From Acidimicrobiales bacterium (GTDB taxonomy: Bacteria; Actinomycetota; Acidimicrobiia; Acidimicrobiales; SZUA-35), in contig JAWKIN010000016.1 in the NCBI GenBank assembly GCA_041394345.1, positions 28,859 through 92,858 on the forward strand: a DNA stretch of 64,000 nucleotides, read 5' to 3'. Positions 22,010-33,650 of this stretch are shown here, piece by piece (position 1 is the stretch's first letter; each line of letters opens with the position of its first letter). Made by a program: the position numbers and the translations under genes. Under the pieces are notes generated by a model. That model searched no databases, was not told where the DNA came from, and saw only the letters and a list, made by a program, of their open reading frames with translations.

Positions 22010-23794
22010 TTAGTCGGCGAGTTGGAACACAGCGAAGGATGGGCCATCGCTCGAGAAGGTCACCGACGACCCATCGACCACAGCCGTGCCGGTTCCTACG
22101 AGGCGTGTGATAGTTGTCGACCGAAGCTGATTGAGGTCGAGGACGAGGTCGTCGGTCGCGGCGCGGCAAGCACGAACCAGAAGCCGCTGATCACGGCTTT
22201 CACGCAGAAAGGTCAGCGCATCGGCCGCTCGCTCCACCCATCGCATTCCGCCCACCGCCAAGGCCGACGAGTCGGTCCGGGTGCGGATCATCGTGCGGTA
22301 CCACTCGAGAAAGGTCATGTCCCATCGAGCTTCGTCCCATGGCATCGTCCGCCGTGACTTCTCGGCGTCAGGTGCCTCAAGCCCGACCTCATCACCAAAG
22401 AAGAAGCAGGGCGTTCCGGGCAGGGTGCAAAGCAACCCGAATCCGATCTTGGCTAGCTCGTCGGATCGAGCCATCGTCCGCCAACGGGCCGTGTCGTGCG
22501 ACGACAAAAGCGCCATTGAGCCAATAGTGATCTGCCACGGCATCGAGGCTCGCACTTCGTCAAGCGCCTTCGCCACCGCTTCGCCATCGCGAACGTCTTG
22601 GCCGGGCCCGGCGCTCATCGCGGCCAGCGTCGAGAAATTGCCGAGCCAGCTGACGATTGGTCGGGCAATACCGGTGTAGTTCATGACGCCGTGCCAGCCG
22701 TCGCCACCAGCATCTCGTGAGGCATCAAAGAAGTGTTCGGCCACCAACCAGCGATCCTCGTCGACCTCAGCCATCGTCGCCCGTGTGGAACGCCGCACCT
22801 TTTCGTTGTGATCGATTTGACCGAGTCGGCCGGTCATATTGGCCACGTCTATGCGCCACCCTGCGAGGTCGAACGGCAGTCGTAGATACTTGGCCACGAT
22901 GGAGTCAGGTCCATCGTAGAACCGTCGGGCGAGTTCGGCCGACGAGTGATTGAGCTTGGGCAGGCTGTCGACGCCGAGCCACGTCTCGTAGCGAGATGGA
23001 TGGTCGGCAAAGTAGTAGAAGCCAGCCTCGTCGCTGTTGGCGTCGGCCTGCGCTGCGACGAACCACTCATGGGCGTCGCCGGTGTGATTGAGCGTGAGGT
23101 CGGTCATCAGCCGCATGCCCCGGTCGTCGCACGCCGCCTTCAGGCGGATGAGCGCCTCATCGCCGCCCAACAGTGGATCGACTCGATCGAAGGTCTGGGC
23201 GTCATAACGATGATTGGATCGGGCCGGAAAGATTGGGGTGAGGTAGACGCCGGTGATGCCAAGGTCGGCGAGATAGTCAAGGCGTTCGATGATGCCGTCG
23301 AGGTCACCACCAAAGATTTGGGTCATCGACTCGGGCCACTCGGCGACGTCATCGGCCCAGTCGGCATGCCATGCCCAGTCGGGCAGATCTTGGTTGTGTT
23401 TCCCACTGCTGGCGAAACGATCGGGGAAAATCTGATACCACACCGTGCCCGTCACCCACTCGGGGGCGCCGCCCGTGGTGAGCAAGCGAAAGTCATGGTG
23501 ATCGAGCGGGTCGTGGTCGATGCACCCGATGCCGGTAAGCCATCGTGCGACCTCACCTGTCTTGAACCAGAACCGATAGTTGACGACCGCGTTGTGGCAG
23601 GGCAGTGCAAACGTCCAGCGCTCCCCCTGTCGGGCGCCCTCGATCCATTGGGCTTCGCCATCAATCATCGTACGGAGCAGCATCTGGTCGATTTCAGCCG
23701 GCGCGGCGACCTCGACAACCACGGTCTCCCCTGGCCGTGGGCTCGTAGTGCTGACGTAGTTGACCGACGGGTCGTGGTGAGGCTCGTTGAGCAT
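22010..23794 (-). CDS. Glycoside hydrolase family 13 (maltodextrin glucosidase/neopullulanase-like)
   Basis: WYQIFPDRF, SNHRYD, GWRIDVAN, VAEHF and SSHDT conserved regions. Confidence 0.93.
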   Translation of the reverse strand: MLNEPHHDPSVNYVSTTSPRPGETVVVEVAAPAEIDQMLLRTMIDGEAQWIEGARQGERWTFALPCHNAVVNYRFWFKTGEVARWLTGIGCIDHDPLDHHDFRLLTTGGAPEWVTGTVWYQIFPDRFASSGKHNQDLPDWAWHADWADDVAEWPESMTQIFGGDLDGIIERLDYLADLGITGVYLTPIFPARSNHRYDAQTFDRVDPLLGGDEALIRLKAACDDRGMRLMTDLTLNHTGDAHEWFVAAQADANSDEAGFYYFADHPSRYETWLGVDSLPKLNHSSAELARRFYDGPDSIVAKYLRLPFDLAGWRIDVANMTGRLGQIDHNEKVRRSTRATMAEVDEDRWLVAEHFFDASRDAGGDGWHGVMNYTGIARPIVSWLGNFSTLAAMSAGPGQDVRDGEAVAKALDEVRASMPWQITIGSMALLSSHDTARWRTMARSDELAKIGFGLLCTLPGTPCFFFGDEVGLEAPDAEKSRRTMPWDEARWDMTFLEWYRTMIRTRTDSSALAVGGMRWVERAADALTFLRESRDQRLLVRACRAATDDLVLDLNQLRSTTITRLVGTGTAVVDGSSVTFSSDGPSFAVFQLAD

Positions 23795-23930
23795 ACGTTG
23801 AGCCTAGAGGTCGACAGTCCCGCCACTGCGCCAACCCCAGCGCGTCAAGCGGGCCGAGCTCGAACTCGGGGTGGCGCCATCCTGGATCGACCGCGGCACG
23901 GGCCACTTGAGGACAACCCGCTGTTTCGCT

Positions 23931-24476
23931 CTACCCGAGTTGCGGGAGCGAGCCCAGCCACGCAGCCGCCGAGCGTGGGGTCGTGAATCGAAACACATTG
24001 AGCGTGGCCCAATCGCCGGCGAGCGAGCGTTCGTACCGGGATCGTTTCTCCCTGAAGTGGGTCCATGACCATCGGATCACGTTTCTCTCGGGGTCCCACC
24101 GATAGAAGTTGGCGAGCGGCTCACGATTGCCGTTCCATAACTCCTCGCGGGTGATGGCCCGACGGAGCGTCCGAAGGACGACGCGCCGCGTGACGACCAG
24201 TCGCGAGTAGTCCAGCCAAACGACCGTGTCGGCCGCGGCCAACCGGAGCTCGCCAATGGCGCTGTCGTAGTCGCCGCACATCACCCAGCCATCGCTCGCT
24301 CGAGCCATGGCCTCCGCCACCGCCCGCCGAAAGTCGGATCGTTCCCGCGGTGTCCAGCCGGCCAGATGGTAGAGCTCGTCGAGCTCGATGTGGGTCAGCT
24401 CGAAGCGCTCGGCCAGCGCCATGGCCATCGTTGTCTTGCCCGCCCCACTACTCCCGACAACCATGATGCGCCTCAT
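23931..24476 (-). CDS. Adenylate-kinase-like P-loop protein (topology modulation/FlaR family)
   Basis: RIMVVGSSGAGKTT, IELDELYH and ADTVVWLD. Confidence 0.82.
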   Translation of the reverse strand: MRRIMVVGSSGAGKTTMAMALAERFELTHIELDELYHLAGWTPRERSDFRRAVAEAMARASDGWVMCGDYDSAIGELRLAAADTVVWLDYSRLVVTRRVVLRTLRRAITREELWNGNREPLANFYRWDPERNVIRWSWTHFREKRSRYERSLAGDWATLNVFRFTTPRSAAAWLGSLPQLG

Positions 24477-24509
24477 CGGGCGAGCGTAACGGCACCGAAG
24501 TGGAGCCGG

Positions 24510-24550
24510 AAAAACAAAAGCGAGCCGCCGCCCGAAGGCAACGGCTCGCT
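24510..24550 (-). terminator. Rho-independent terminator of groEL
   Basis: Minus strand agcgagccgttgcc-ttcg-ggcggcggctcgct followed by tttgttttt. Confidence 0.85.
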
Positions 24551-24577
24551 CTCAAAATAGTCAGCCGGAAGGCTGGG

Positions 24578-26182
<1,605 letters not shown>

Positions 26183-26188
26183 GTGGTA

Positions 26189-26470
26189 TCAGTCATCAAT
26201 GATCGTTGATGTCGTCACGGCAAGAGGATCAAGAACTTTCACCACCATGCGATCCTCCAGCCGCCGTACTTGGAGTAGACGACTAAGTCGCCGACGGCGA
26301 CGTCGACAGGGATGAGGTCGCCGGTATCTGAACGGCGGCCGGGACCGACGCTGACTTCTGCCCTGCTGCGGCTTCTCTTTAGCGGTTTCGATGACAAGAC
26401 TGGCGGTCGCTGACTCAGCTTCGAGTGAACGAACGACGATGCGGTCCTCTAGTGGTTGCAAATTACGCAG
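26189..26470 (-). CDS. groES: Co-chaperonin GroES (many indels, start approximate)
   Basis: [20 protein letters not shown], immediately upstream of groEL. Confidence 0.88.
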   Translation of the reverse strand: MRNLQPLEDRIVVRSLEAESATASLVIETAKEKPQQGRSQRRSRPPFRYRRPHPCRRRRRRLSRLLQVRRLEDRMVVKVLDPLAVTTSTIIDD

Positions 26471-26486
26471 GTCGCCTTCCGTGGCA

Positions 26487-26510
26487 CTAGCACTCAATGG
26501 ACGATGCTAA
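26487..26510. promoter_or_regulatory. Degenerate CIRCE (HrcA operator)
   Basis: ctagcactc-aatggacga-tgctaa versus consensus TTAGCACTC-N9-GAGTGCTAA; 3 nt short, in an indel-rich stretch upstream of groES. Confidence 0.7.
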
Positions 26511-26592
26511 TCCTAAGGCGCTCTTCAATTGACCAACCTCTGACCAAGACGTGGCAGAATTGCACGACCCGAACTGAGCCGAGGAGCGGAAA

Positions 26593-27294
26593 ATGAAGAC
26601 TATTGGTCTCCTTGGTGGGATGAGTTGGGAGAGCTCAATCGAGTACGAACGGATTGATCAACGAGGGTGTCAGGGCCGCAATTGGCGGCACGGCGTCGGC
26701 TGATCTCATCGTTCGCAGCTACAACTTCGCCGGACGAGGCCTCCAAGCGGCAGGCGAATGGGAGATAGCGGGCCAGCGGCTGGCATCGGATGCCCGCCGC
26801 CTCGAAGAAAGTGGGGCTGACCTGTCCCACTGTGCACGAACACCATGCACGTCGTTGCGCCTGGCCATCGAGGCGGCAACATGGCAGCGGCCTGTGCATC
26901 TCGCCGACACGACAGCCGCCGCCATCAGCGCCGAAGGGCTCACCGTGGTCGGCCTCCTCGGCACCCGCTACACCATGGAGCACGACTTCTACCGGGGCCG
27001 CCCCACACCGTGGTTCCGAAGTGTTGGGTGCCAGACGACGCCGATCGAACCGTGATCCACGACGTCATCTACAACGAGCTGGTCCAGGGAGTCGCCAACC
27101 TGGCGTCACGAGGTCACCTCGACGTGACTGAGCGCCTGATTGCTGCGGTGCGACCGGCATCATTAAGGGTGTACCGAGATCGAGTTGCTCGTCGGGGCAA
27201 CGATCTCTCCGTCCCCTACTTTCCTACCACCTGGCTCCATGCTGAGGCGGTAGTCAGGCCTGCCCTCGCCGACGAGATCGCTGCTCTTCGCTAA
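26593..27294 (+). CDS. Aspartate/glutamate racemase family protein (frameshifted)
   Basis: MKTIGLLGGMSWESSIEY, CTNTMH, VGLLGTRYTMEHDFY and GCTEI segments; GAGGAG SD upstream. Confidence 0.88.
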
Positions 27295-28322
27295 CGCGCC
27301 GGCAGCTTCCAGTCCGGGGAACGCACCACTCGTCGAGCGCCGTTGGGCCATCGGTCGTCAAGCGCCAGTTGGCAGCTGCGGCGATCATCGCTGCATTGTC
27401 AGTGCAGAACGCATCGCGCCGGTGTCCAGGCACTCGAGCCCTCGGCCGCAGCGGCCTCAGCGAAGCGCTCGCGCAACTGGGAGCTGGCCGCAACGCCACC
27501 GCCAAGACAGGACACCGCGAAAGCGTCAACCTCGATGGCGGGCCAGCCCTCGCATCGCCTTCGTCAAGCAAGCACGTCGACAACGGCGGCTTCTGGAAAA
27601 CTGGCGGCAAGGTCGGCGTTTTTCGCAGCCCGGTTCTTGCGGACGTAGTTGATGACTTTTTCGAGGTCTTCATACCGCTGAACGAGAAATCGAGACCCTC
27701 GCTTACCAACGCCCGAGGAAACGCGAATGGTGGTGTTGATTCCTTCGACGGCAAGCCGATCGATAACTGTCCACCTGGGGCAGCTGAGGCCGAGGTGGTA
27801 GCGGGCGACCTTGTCGAACGCTTCACCCGCAGCATCGTCGATCGTGGAACCGAGAATGCGGTAGTCGCCGAGGGCACGAAGCTCAACGAGCATGGTGTGT
27901 CCACCCGAGACAAGAAGGACGACGAGTGGTGGTTCGAGGTCGGGTCGCTCCAGGAAGGTTGCGAACAGGTGCCCTTCCATATGGTTGACACCGACGTACG
28001 GCACGTTCCAGGCCAGGGCGAGTGCCTTGGCCGCGCTGACGCCGATGAGCAACGCGCCAATGAGGCCAGGGCCATGGGTTGCCGCTACGGCGTCAAGATC
28101 GGCGACCGCGATGCCGGCTTCGTCCAACGCCTCGCCGACGACCACTTCGAGGAGTTCGAGGTGGGCGCGGCTCGCTACTTCGGGGACAACGCCACCAAAC
28201 TCGGCATGGAGCGCGATCTGGCTCGACACCACATTGGCCAAGACCTCGGTCCCGCCCCGGACAATGGCGACAGAGGTCTCGTCGCAGCTCGACTCGATAG
28301 CGAGAACCAGCGTCTCGGTCAT
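27254..28322 (-). CDS. tsaD: tRNA N6-adenosine threonylcarbamoyltransferase TsaD (frameshifted, 3' end approximate)
   Basis: AIESSCDET, GGVVPEVASRAH, VNHMEGH, DDAAGEAFDKVAR and CTDNAAMIA. Confidence 0.93.
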
Positions 28323-28330
28323 TGGCTTCT

Positions 28331-28816
28331 TCACGTCGTCACCTCGTTGGCCAGCGCCATGTCATACCACCACATGATGGACGCATCTTCGCCGTCTTCG
28401 TAGTAGCCCGGACGTACCCCAACCGAGTGCATGCCCCGGTCTTCGTACAACGCGATGGCACTCGAGTTGGAGACACGAACCTCGAGCGTCAGGTGCACGC
28501 AGCCTCGGTCCATTGCGGCCTGGGCGAGCGCGTCGAACAATCGGCGACCGATTCCTCGTCGGCGCACCGTGGGCGCAACGGCGATATTCATCAGGTGCGC
28601 ATCCTCACCGACAAACATGAGTCCACCAAAGCCGACAACCGAGCCGTCAGCGTCACCCGCACCGTCGACCGCAACGAGCCAAAACCGCTCGCTGGCATCG
28701 AGTGTGAGTTCGTCCGCAAAGAGGCCTCGGCTCCATGGAGCCGTACTAACCGCCGCTTCAAGGGCAGCGACCGGTTCGACGTGGGATGCGGTCATCTCGA
28801 CAAACCGGATACTCAT
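28331..28816 (-). CDS. rimI: Ribosomal protein S18-alanine N-acetyltransferase
   Basis: GNAT motifs NIAVAP..RRRGIG, TLEVRVSN and RPGYY; lies between tsaB and tsaD. Confidence 0.92.
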   Translation of the reverse strand: MSIRFVEMTASHVEPVAALEAAVSTAPWSRGLFADELTLDASERFWLVAVDGAGDADGSVVGFGGLMFVGEDAHLMNIAVAPTVRRRGIGRRLFDALAQAAMDRGCVHLTLEVRVSNSSAIALYEDRGMHSVGVRPGYYEDGEDASIMWWYDMALANEVTT

Positions 28817-29460
28817 GAGTTGTGCCGTGTCTTGATGTTGATTTGCACGTCGGCATCGCGGAGGTACTTTGGTTCGACCAGGTGGCCTTCGATCGCCTCG
28901 CGCTGATGAGCCAACACGGCGAGTACGGCCGCCGATGGCTCGACGCCGATACGAACGCCGCTCCCGTAGTGGTCGTGATATCGGTCGGCCCCATCTCCAA
29001 CGATGATGTCGCCCACCTCGCCCCTCGCCGCAAGGTCGGCGGCGGGCCCGACGAGCGGGTCAGCGGTCGCACCATTGACGTCGAAGCGTTGCTGGAAGAC
29101 CTCGCCGCGGCGAGCGTCGATCACAGCCATCACCGGCCGTTCGCTGGTACCGGCAGCGAGAATCTCGAGGGACGAGACGCCGACAACCGGGATCTTCAAG
29201 GCAAACGCCAGGGTACGAATCGTTGCGAGCCCGACCCGAAGACCGGTGAAGCGGCCTGGCCCGACATCGACGGCGAGACGGTCGATATCGGCCACGCACA
29301 GACCGGCCTCGGCCAGTACTCGTTGCACCATGGGCGTGATCTCTTCGGCGTGGCGTCGCTCGGTGGTGATTTGCTCGAAAGCGAGGACCTGATCGCCCCG
29401 AGCGATGGCGACGCCAACAACGGCCGTGGACGAGGTGATCGCAAGCGTACGCTCAGCCAT
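28813..29460 (-). CDS. tsaB: TsaB
   Basis: RHAEEITP, VDVGPGRFTGLRVG and DARRGEVF. Confidence 0.93.
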   Translation of the reverse strand: MAERTLAITSSTAVVGVAIARGDQVLAFEQITTERRHAEEITPMVQRVLAEAGLCVADIDRLAVDVGPGRFTGLRVGLATIRTLAFALKIPVVGVSSLEILAAGTSERPVMAVIDARRGEVFQQRFDVNGATADPLVGPAADLAARGEVGDIIVGDGADRYHDHYGSGVRIGVEPSAAVLAVLAHQREAIEGHLVEPKYLRDADVQINIKTRHNS

Positions 29461-29953
29461 CGGACATACCTTCGACCTTCGCCACAGCGGCGATCGCCGT
29501 CGCGATCGCAGGTATGCGTTCGGTCCACCTCGGCCCGCCGGCGTAGAACTCGATGCGTCGATCGTTGTCGGCGTCGGCCAGAAGAAGCCGGATCACGAGG
29601 TGGTCGGCGGGAAGGACGGGATCGATCTGTTCGCCCCACTCGATGACGGTGACACCTTCTTCGAGCAACTCGGGAAGGTCGAGGTCGAGCGTCTCCTCAA
29701 GGTCATCGAGTCGGTAGACGTCAAGATGATTGAGCACCAACGATCCCTCGTAACGGTTGTGGAGTGTGAACGTCGGACTGGTGACCCGTCCGTCGATACC
29801 AAGTCCGAGGGCAACACCTTGCGTGAAGCACGTCTTGCCCGCACCGAGATCGCCAGCGAGGACCACAAGGTCGCCATCGCCAAAGGTGGCGGCCACCGCA
29901 GCGGCGACCGCACGAGTCGACTCAGGCGAGTTGGTTCGGACAACAACGGACAC
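29453..29953 (-). CDS. tsaE: TsaE ATPase
   Basis: GDLGAGKT, VTSPTF, HLDVYRL and IEWG. Confidence 0.95.
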   Translation of the reverse strand: MSVVVRTNSPESTRAVAAAVAATFGDGDLVVLAGDLGAGKTCFTQGVALGLGIDGRVTSPTFTLHNRYEGSLVLNHLDVYRLDDLEETLDLDLPELLEEGVTVIEWGEQIDPVLPADHLVIRLLLADADNDRRIEFYAGGPRWTERIPAIATAIAAVAKVEGMSDG

Positions 29954-29987
29954 GCCAGGAAGGCTAACGGCGGCCTAACGTGAAGCC

Positions 29988-30941
29988 ATGTCCGTGCCCA
30001 ATGCCACCGAAGGCCATCCACTCGCTGCGCCGACACGCGCGTCGGTCGAGGCCGCCGCGGCGGTCATCGATGGGCTGGTCCGAACAACACCCGTGCTCCG
30101 GGTTCGCGGCGACGAGCTCGGCGTCGGCCCAGACGTTTCGTTCAAGCTCGAACACCTGCAGCACAGCGGCACGTTCAAGGCACGAGGAGCAGCGAATTTC
30201 ATCAACTCGATGGACATCCCGCCCGCTGGCGTTGTTGCGGCGTCGGGCGGCAACCACGGCGCCGCCGTCGCATGGGCTGCTCGGTCAGCCGGCCACACGG
30301 CGAGCATCTTTGTGCCGACCATTTCCTCACCAGCCAAGGTCGCTCGTCTCCACCGCTACGGGGCCGACGTTCACCAGGTCGGCGCGGTGTACGCCGACGC
30401 GCTTGCGGCCTCGCTTGTCCACCAGACACGATCTGGCGCCCGAGCAATCCACGCCTATGACGACCCGATCGTGATGAGTGGTGCGGGTACGGTCGCCAAA
30501 GAGTTCCTCAGCCAGGCACCCTCGCTCGACGCCATGCTCGTGGCGTGTGGCGGCGGCGGACTCTCGGGCGGAATGGCCAGCTGGCTTGCCGGCTCGTTGC
30601 CGCTCATCGTGTGTGAGACCGAAGGGACGAGCGCGTTCGCTGCTGCCCTCGACGCCGGCCACCCCGTCGACGTATCGATCTCGGGCATTGCCGCCGATGC
30701 GCTTGGCGCCACCCGCATCGGCGACAACCCATGGCTCGCGCTGCAACACAGCCAGTCGATGGTGGTCACTGACGCCGAGACCCGATCGGCCCAGGCCCTG
30801 CTTTGGGAGCAGTTCCGTATTGCCGTTGAGCCGGCGGCCGCAACCCCGCTCGCCGCCTTGTGTAGCGGCCGCATCGACCTCGACGACAAGCGTCATGTCG
30901 GCATCGTGCTCTGCGGGGCAAACGTGACGCTTACGCTCTAG
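29988..30941 (+). CDS. PLP-dependent serine/threonine dehydratase
   Basis: KLEHLQHSGTFKARGA, ASGGNHG, CGGGGL and LCGAN. Confidence 0.9.
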   Translation: MSVPNATEGHPLAAPTRASVEAAAAVIDGLVRTTPVLRVRGDELGVGPDVSFKLEHLQHSGTFKARGAANFINSMDIPPAGVVAASGGNHGAAVAWAARSAGHTASIFVPTISSPAKVARLHRYGADVHQVGAVYADALAASLVHQTRSGARAIHAYDDPIVMSGAGTVAKEFLSQAPSLDAMLVACGGGGLSGGMASWLAGSLPLIVCETEGTSAFAAALDAGHPVDVSISGIAADALGATRIGDNPWLALQHSQSMVVTDAETRSAQALLWEQFRIAVEPAAATPLAALCSGRIDLDDKRHVGIVLCGANVTLTL

Positions 30942-31801
30942 CGATTGGGGCCAGGCGTTTCGGCTGCGACCCGGTCGATCGCCCGCTCGGTGGCCAGTTG
31001 GGCCAACAAGCGGACATGGTGGGGGTCGGCCTCGACCTCGCCCACCGACGCACCGACAATGGCGTCGCCGTCGCTGGCCGTGTGAGCCGGATACAACGCC
31101 CGAGACAGGCCGCCGTGGGCGCTTTCAGCGAGAAGCCTGCACCCGACCTTGTCGAGCTTGGCGTTGGTCACCACCACCCCGATCGTGGTGTTCGTACGGA
31201 TGTCGTCGTCGGTGGCTTGCCGCGCCGGAGGACCCGGGTCGCTAACCACGGTGCCATTGAAATGGCCATAGGCATTCACGGCGACAATCGCCGTGACCCA
31301 ATAGTCACCATGGCTGACGGTTTCGATCCCGAGACCGGAGTCCTGCCGATCGCCGCCCCACTTGCCGACGGTGCAGCCAGCGCCAGCACCAACGGCTCCC
31401 TGGGTTGGCTGGGTCGTTGCCGCCTCACAAGCGGCGATCCCTGCGTCGGGTCCGGGCCTAACCGACGCGTCGCCGACGGCTAGATCGAAAAGACCGAGAC
31501 CAACGACGATGGGGACCAGGCCGGCCGCTGTTTCGAAGCCGCGCCCATGGTGTTCGAGCCATTGCATAACGCCGTCACAGCTCGCAAGACCAAACGCCGA
31601 GCCGCCGGTGAGCACAATCGCATGGACAGTGCTGACGGACTTCGTTGGATCGAGAAGGGCGAACTCACGCGTGGCCGGGGCGCCGCCGCGGACCTCTCCC
31701 GACGCCACGGCGCCGTCGGGCAGCAACACGACCGTGCAGCCGGTGCGCGCCGCCGTGTCCGTCCAATGGCCAACTCGAATTCCGGCACCCAGTTTGTCCA
31801 T
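30938..31801 (-). CDS. P1/S58 (DmpA-like) aminopeptidase
   Basis: TGCTVV, RGGAPATRE, LTGGSAFGL, NTTIGVVVTN and HTASDGD. Confidence 0.9.
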   Translation of the reverse strand: MDKLGAGIRVGHWTDTAARTGCTVVLLPDGAVASGEVRGGAPATREFALLDPTKSVSTVHAIVLTGGSAFGLASCDGVMQWLEHHGRGFETAAGLVPIVVGLGLFDLAVGDASVRPGPDAGIAACEAATTQPTQGAVGAGAGCTVGKWGGDRQDSGLGIETVSHGDYWVTAIVAVNAYGHFNGTVVSDPGPPARQATDDDIRTNTTIGVVVTNAKLDKVGCRLLAESAHGGLSRALYPAHTASDGDAIVGASVGEVEADPHHVRLLAQLATERAIDRVAAETPGPNR

Positions 31802-31810
31802 GCCGTGACC

Positions 31811-33650
31811 CTAGCCTGCAGGCAGACGCACCCAGAATTGGCAACCGCCACCCTCGCGGTAAGCCCTCACTCCGACATCGCCGCCTGCTCGCCCAATAAG
31901 TTGTTTCACCAGCGCCAGCCCGAGACCGGCGGCCGGTTCGTTGTCAATACCAGCCCGATTGAGGCGGTGGAACCGCTCAAATTCGATCGGCCTCTTCGGC
32001 GAATCCCCGGCCCTTCGTCGCTAACCGTCACGAAAAATATCGCCGCCTCGGACGTCGACCGCAACCTCGACCGTGCCGGGCGGGCTATAGCGGACCGCGT
32101 TCGATAACAAGTTGGCGACCACGGTCACTACTTCAGGCCCGCTCACGGAGCTGCAGTACGTCGGCTCGGTCGCAATCCGAGTGACGATCGTTTGCGTCCG
32201 ATTCGTTTGCACCAGCACCGCGATCTCGTCCTCGACCAGGCGTTCGATCAACGGTGCAACAGCGACCCCAAACCAACCCGGCGAGCATCACTCCGCTCGA
32301 TATCAACCATTTCACCGAATTGGGTGATGATTCGGCTGAACTGGGAGACGATCTGCTGCAGTCGGCCGTCGGCGCCGCCTTCTCGTTCGGCGGCGAGCAT
32401 CAGCGATGCCAGTCCACCCCGAAGGTCATGCGCCACGAGCGATAACACTTCTTGCTTTTCGCGCTGAAGGCGGGCGAGTTGTGCGTTGCGCTCAGCGAGT
32501 TGGTGGTGCGCGGCCGAGATCTGGTCATGGTGCTCGAGCAGTCGCGTCGTGGTCGCGAGAAAGCGGCCTTCCGGCGCGATTGCTTTCTGCGTTTCGACAG
32601 CAAGCCGGAGCATCTGAATCGCCTCGGTGGTCTGACCAATTGCCTTGTGACTCGACGCAAGCAGGTTGGCGGCCTCAACTTGTTCGGGCGGATATAGGCA
32701 GTCAATATCGGCCCAGCGGCGACTGCGAGAATCTCCTTGGGCTCGTCTAAGTCTCGGTGGGCTAACATCAGCTCGAGTTTGGCGTTGTGGAGCCGCTTCA
32801 CCGATCCAGGATGAAGCCAGTCGTCAATCGTTGCCATGAGCATGTCTCGGGCACGCTCCGCCTTGCCATCAAGGCGGTCGGGCGAGCTTGTTCGAGCAGC
32901 AGCCGCCGTTCCATGTCGGGGGCCGGGGCGAGTTGGTCGATCAGACGCTTGGCGACCGCTATCGATTCGGACGCCACATCGAGCTGTCCCGCCTTGACAG
33001 CAAGGCGACACAGTTCTAGACGGTCGATCGCTTCCGTAACGGCGTTGTCGTGGCCGACGCCGACGACCCGGAGTGTCATCGCCACTGCCTCGTCGTAGGC
33101 CCCGTTTAGATCGAACACCGTCGCCAGGTTCCAGTAGGCGTGCCCCAGCGAACGACTTCTCTTCGCCTAGGCGAATAGCCCGGATCGAATAGTCGAAACA
33201 TTGTTCAACCCGATTTCGTTGCGCCGCTATCCAACCCAGGAGGGCCAGACTTTCCGCGACCTGACCCTGCATCTCTCGGTCGGTTGCGAAGGCGAGAGAC
33301 TCGGTGGCGTGGTGTGCCGCGACAACCTCGTCGTTGGCTCGATCGGCCATGAAGGCCGCTCGATACATCAACCGCCAGCGGGTCCAATCGGGGATCACCA
33401 GCCCAGGATGCTTCGCCAGAATCTCATCGCCCTCCGTCACGAGCTGCCGATGCGTTTTGGCGTCGGTAAGCATGAACTGGACCGAACTAGTCAGAACGAG
33501 CGCCGAGACGATCAGGGCCGGATCGCCAAGCGCTCGAGCACGCTCGAGGAGGGGGGCGGTTTGGGCGAGAGACGCGGGCCGGTCAAGGAACAGCTGGTAG
33601 AGCTCGCGCCCAAGCTGCTGGTTCGGCGATTCGTGAGGCATGAGGGTCAT
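31811..33650 (-). CDS. Soluble sensor histidine kinase with helical-repeat (TPR-like) N-terminus (frameshifted)
   Basis: H-box LSLVAHDLRGGL, N-box NLLSNAVRYS, helical N-terminal region with no transmembrane stretch seen; ATGA-coupled to the upstream paralog. Confidence 0.82.
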
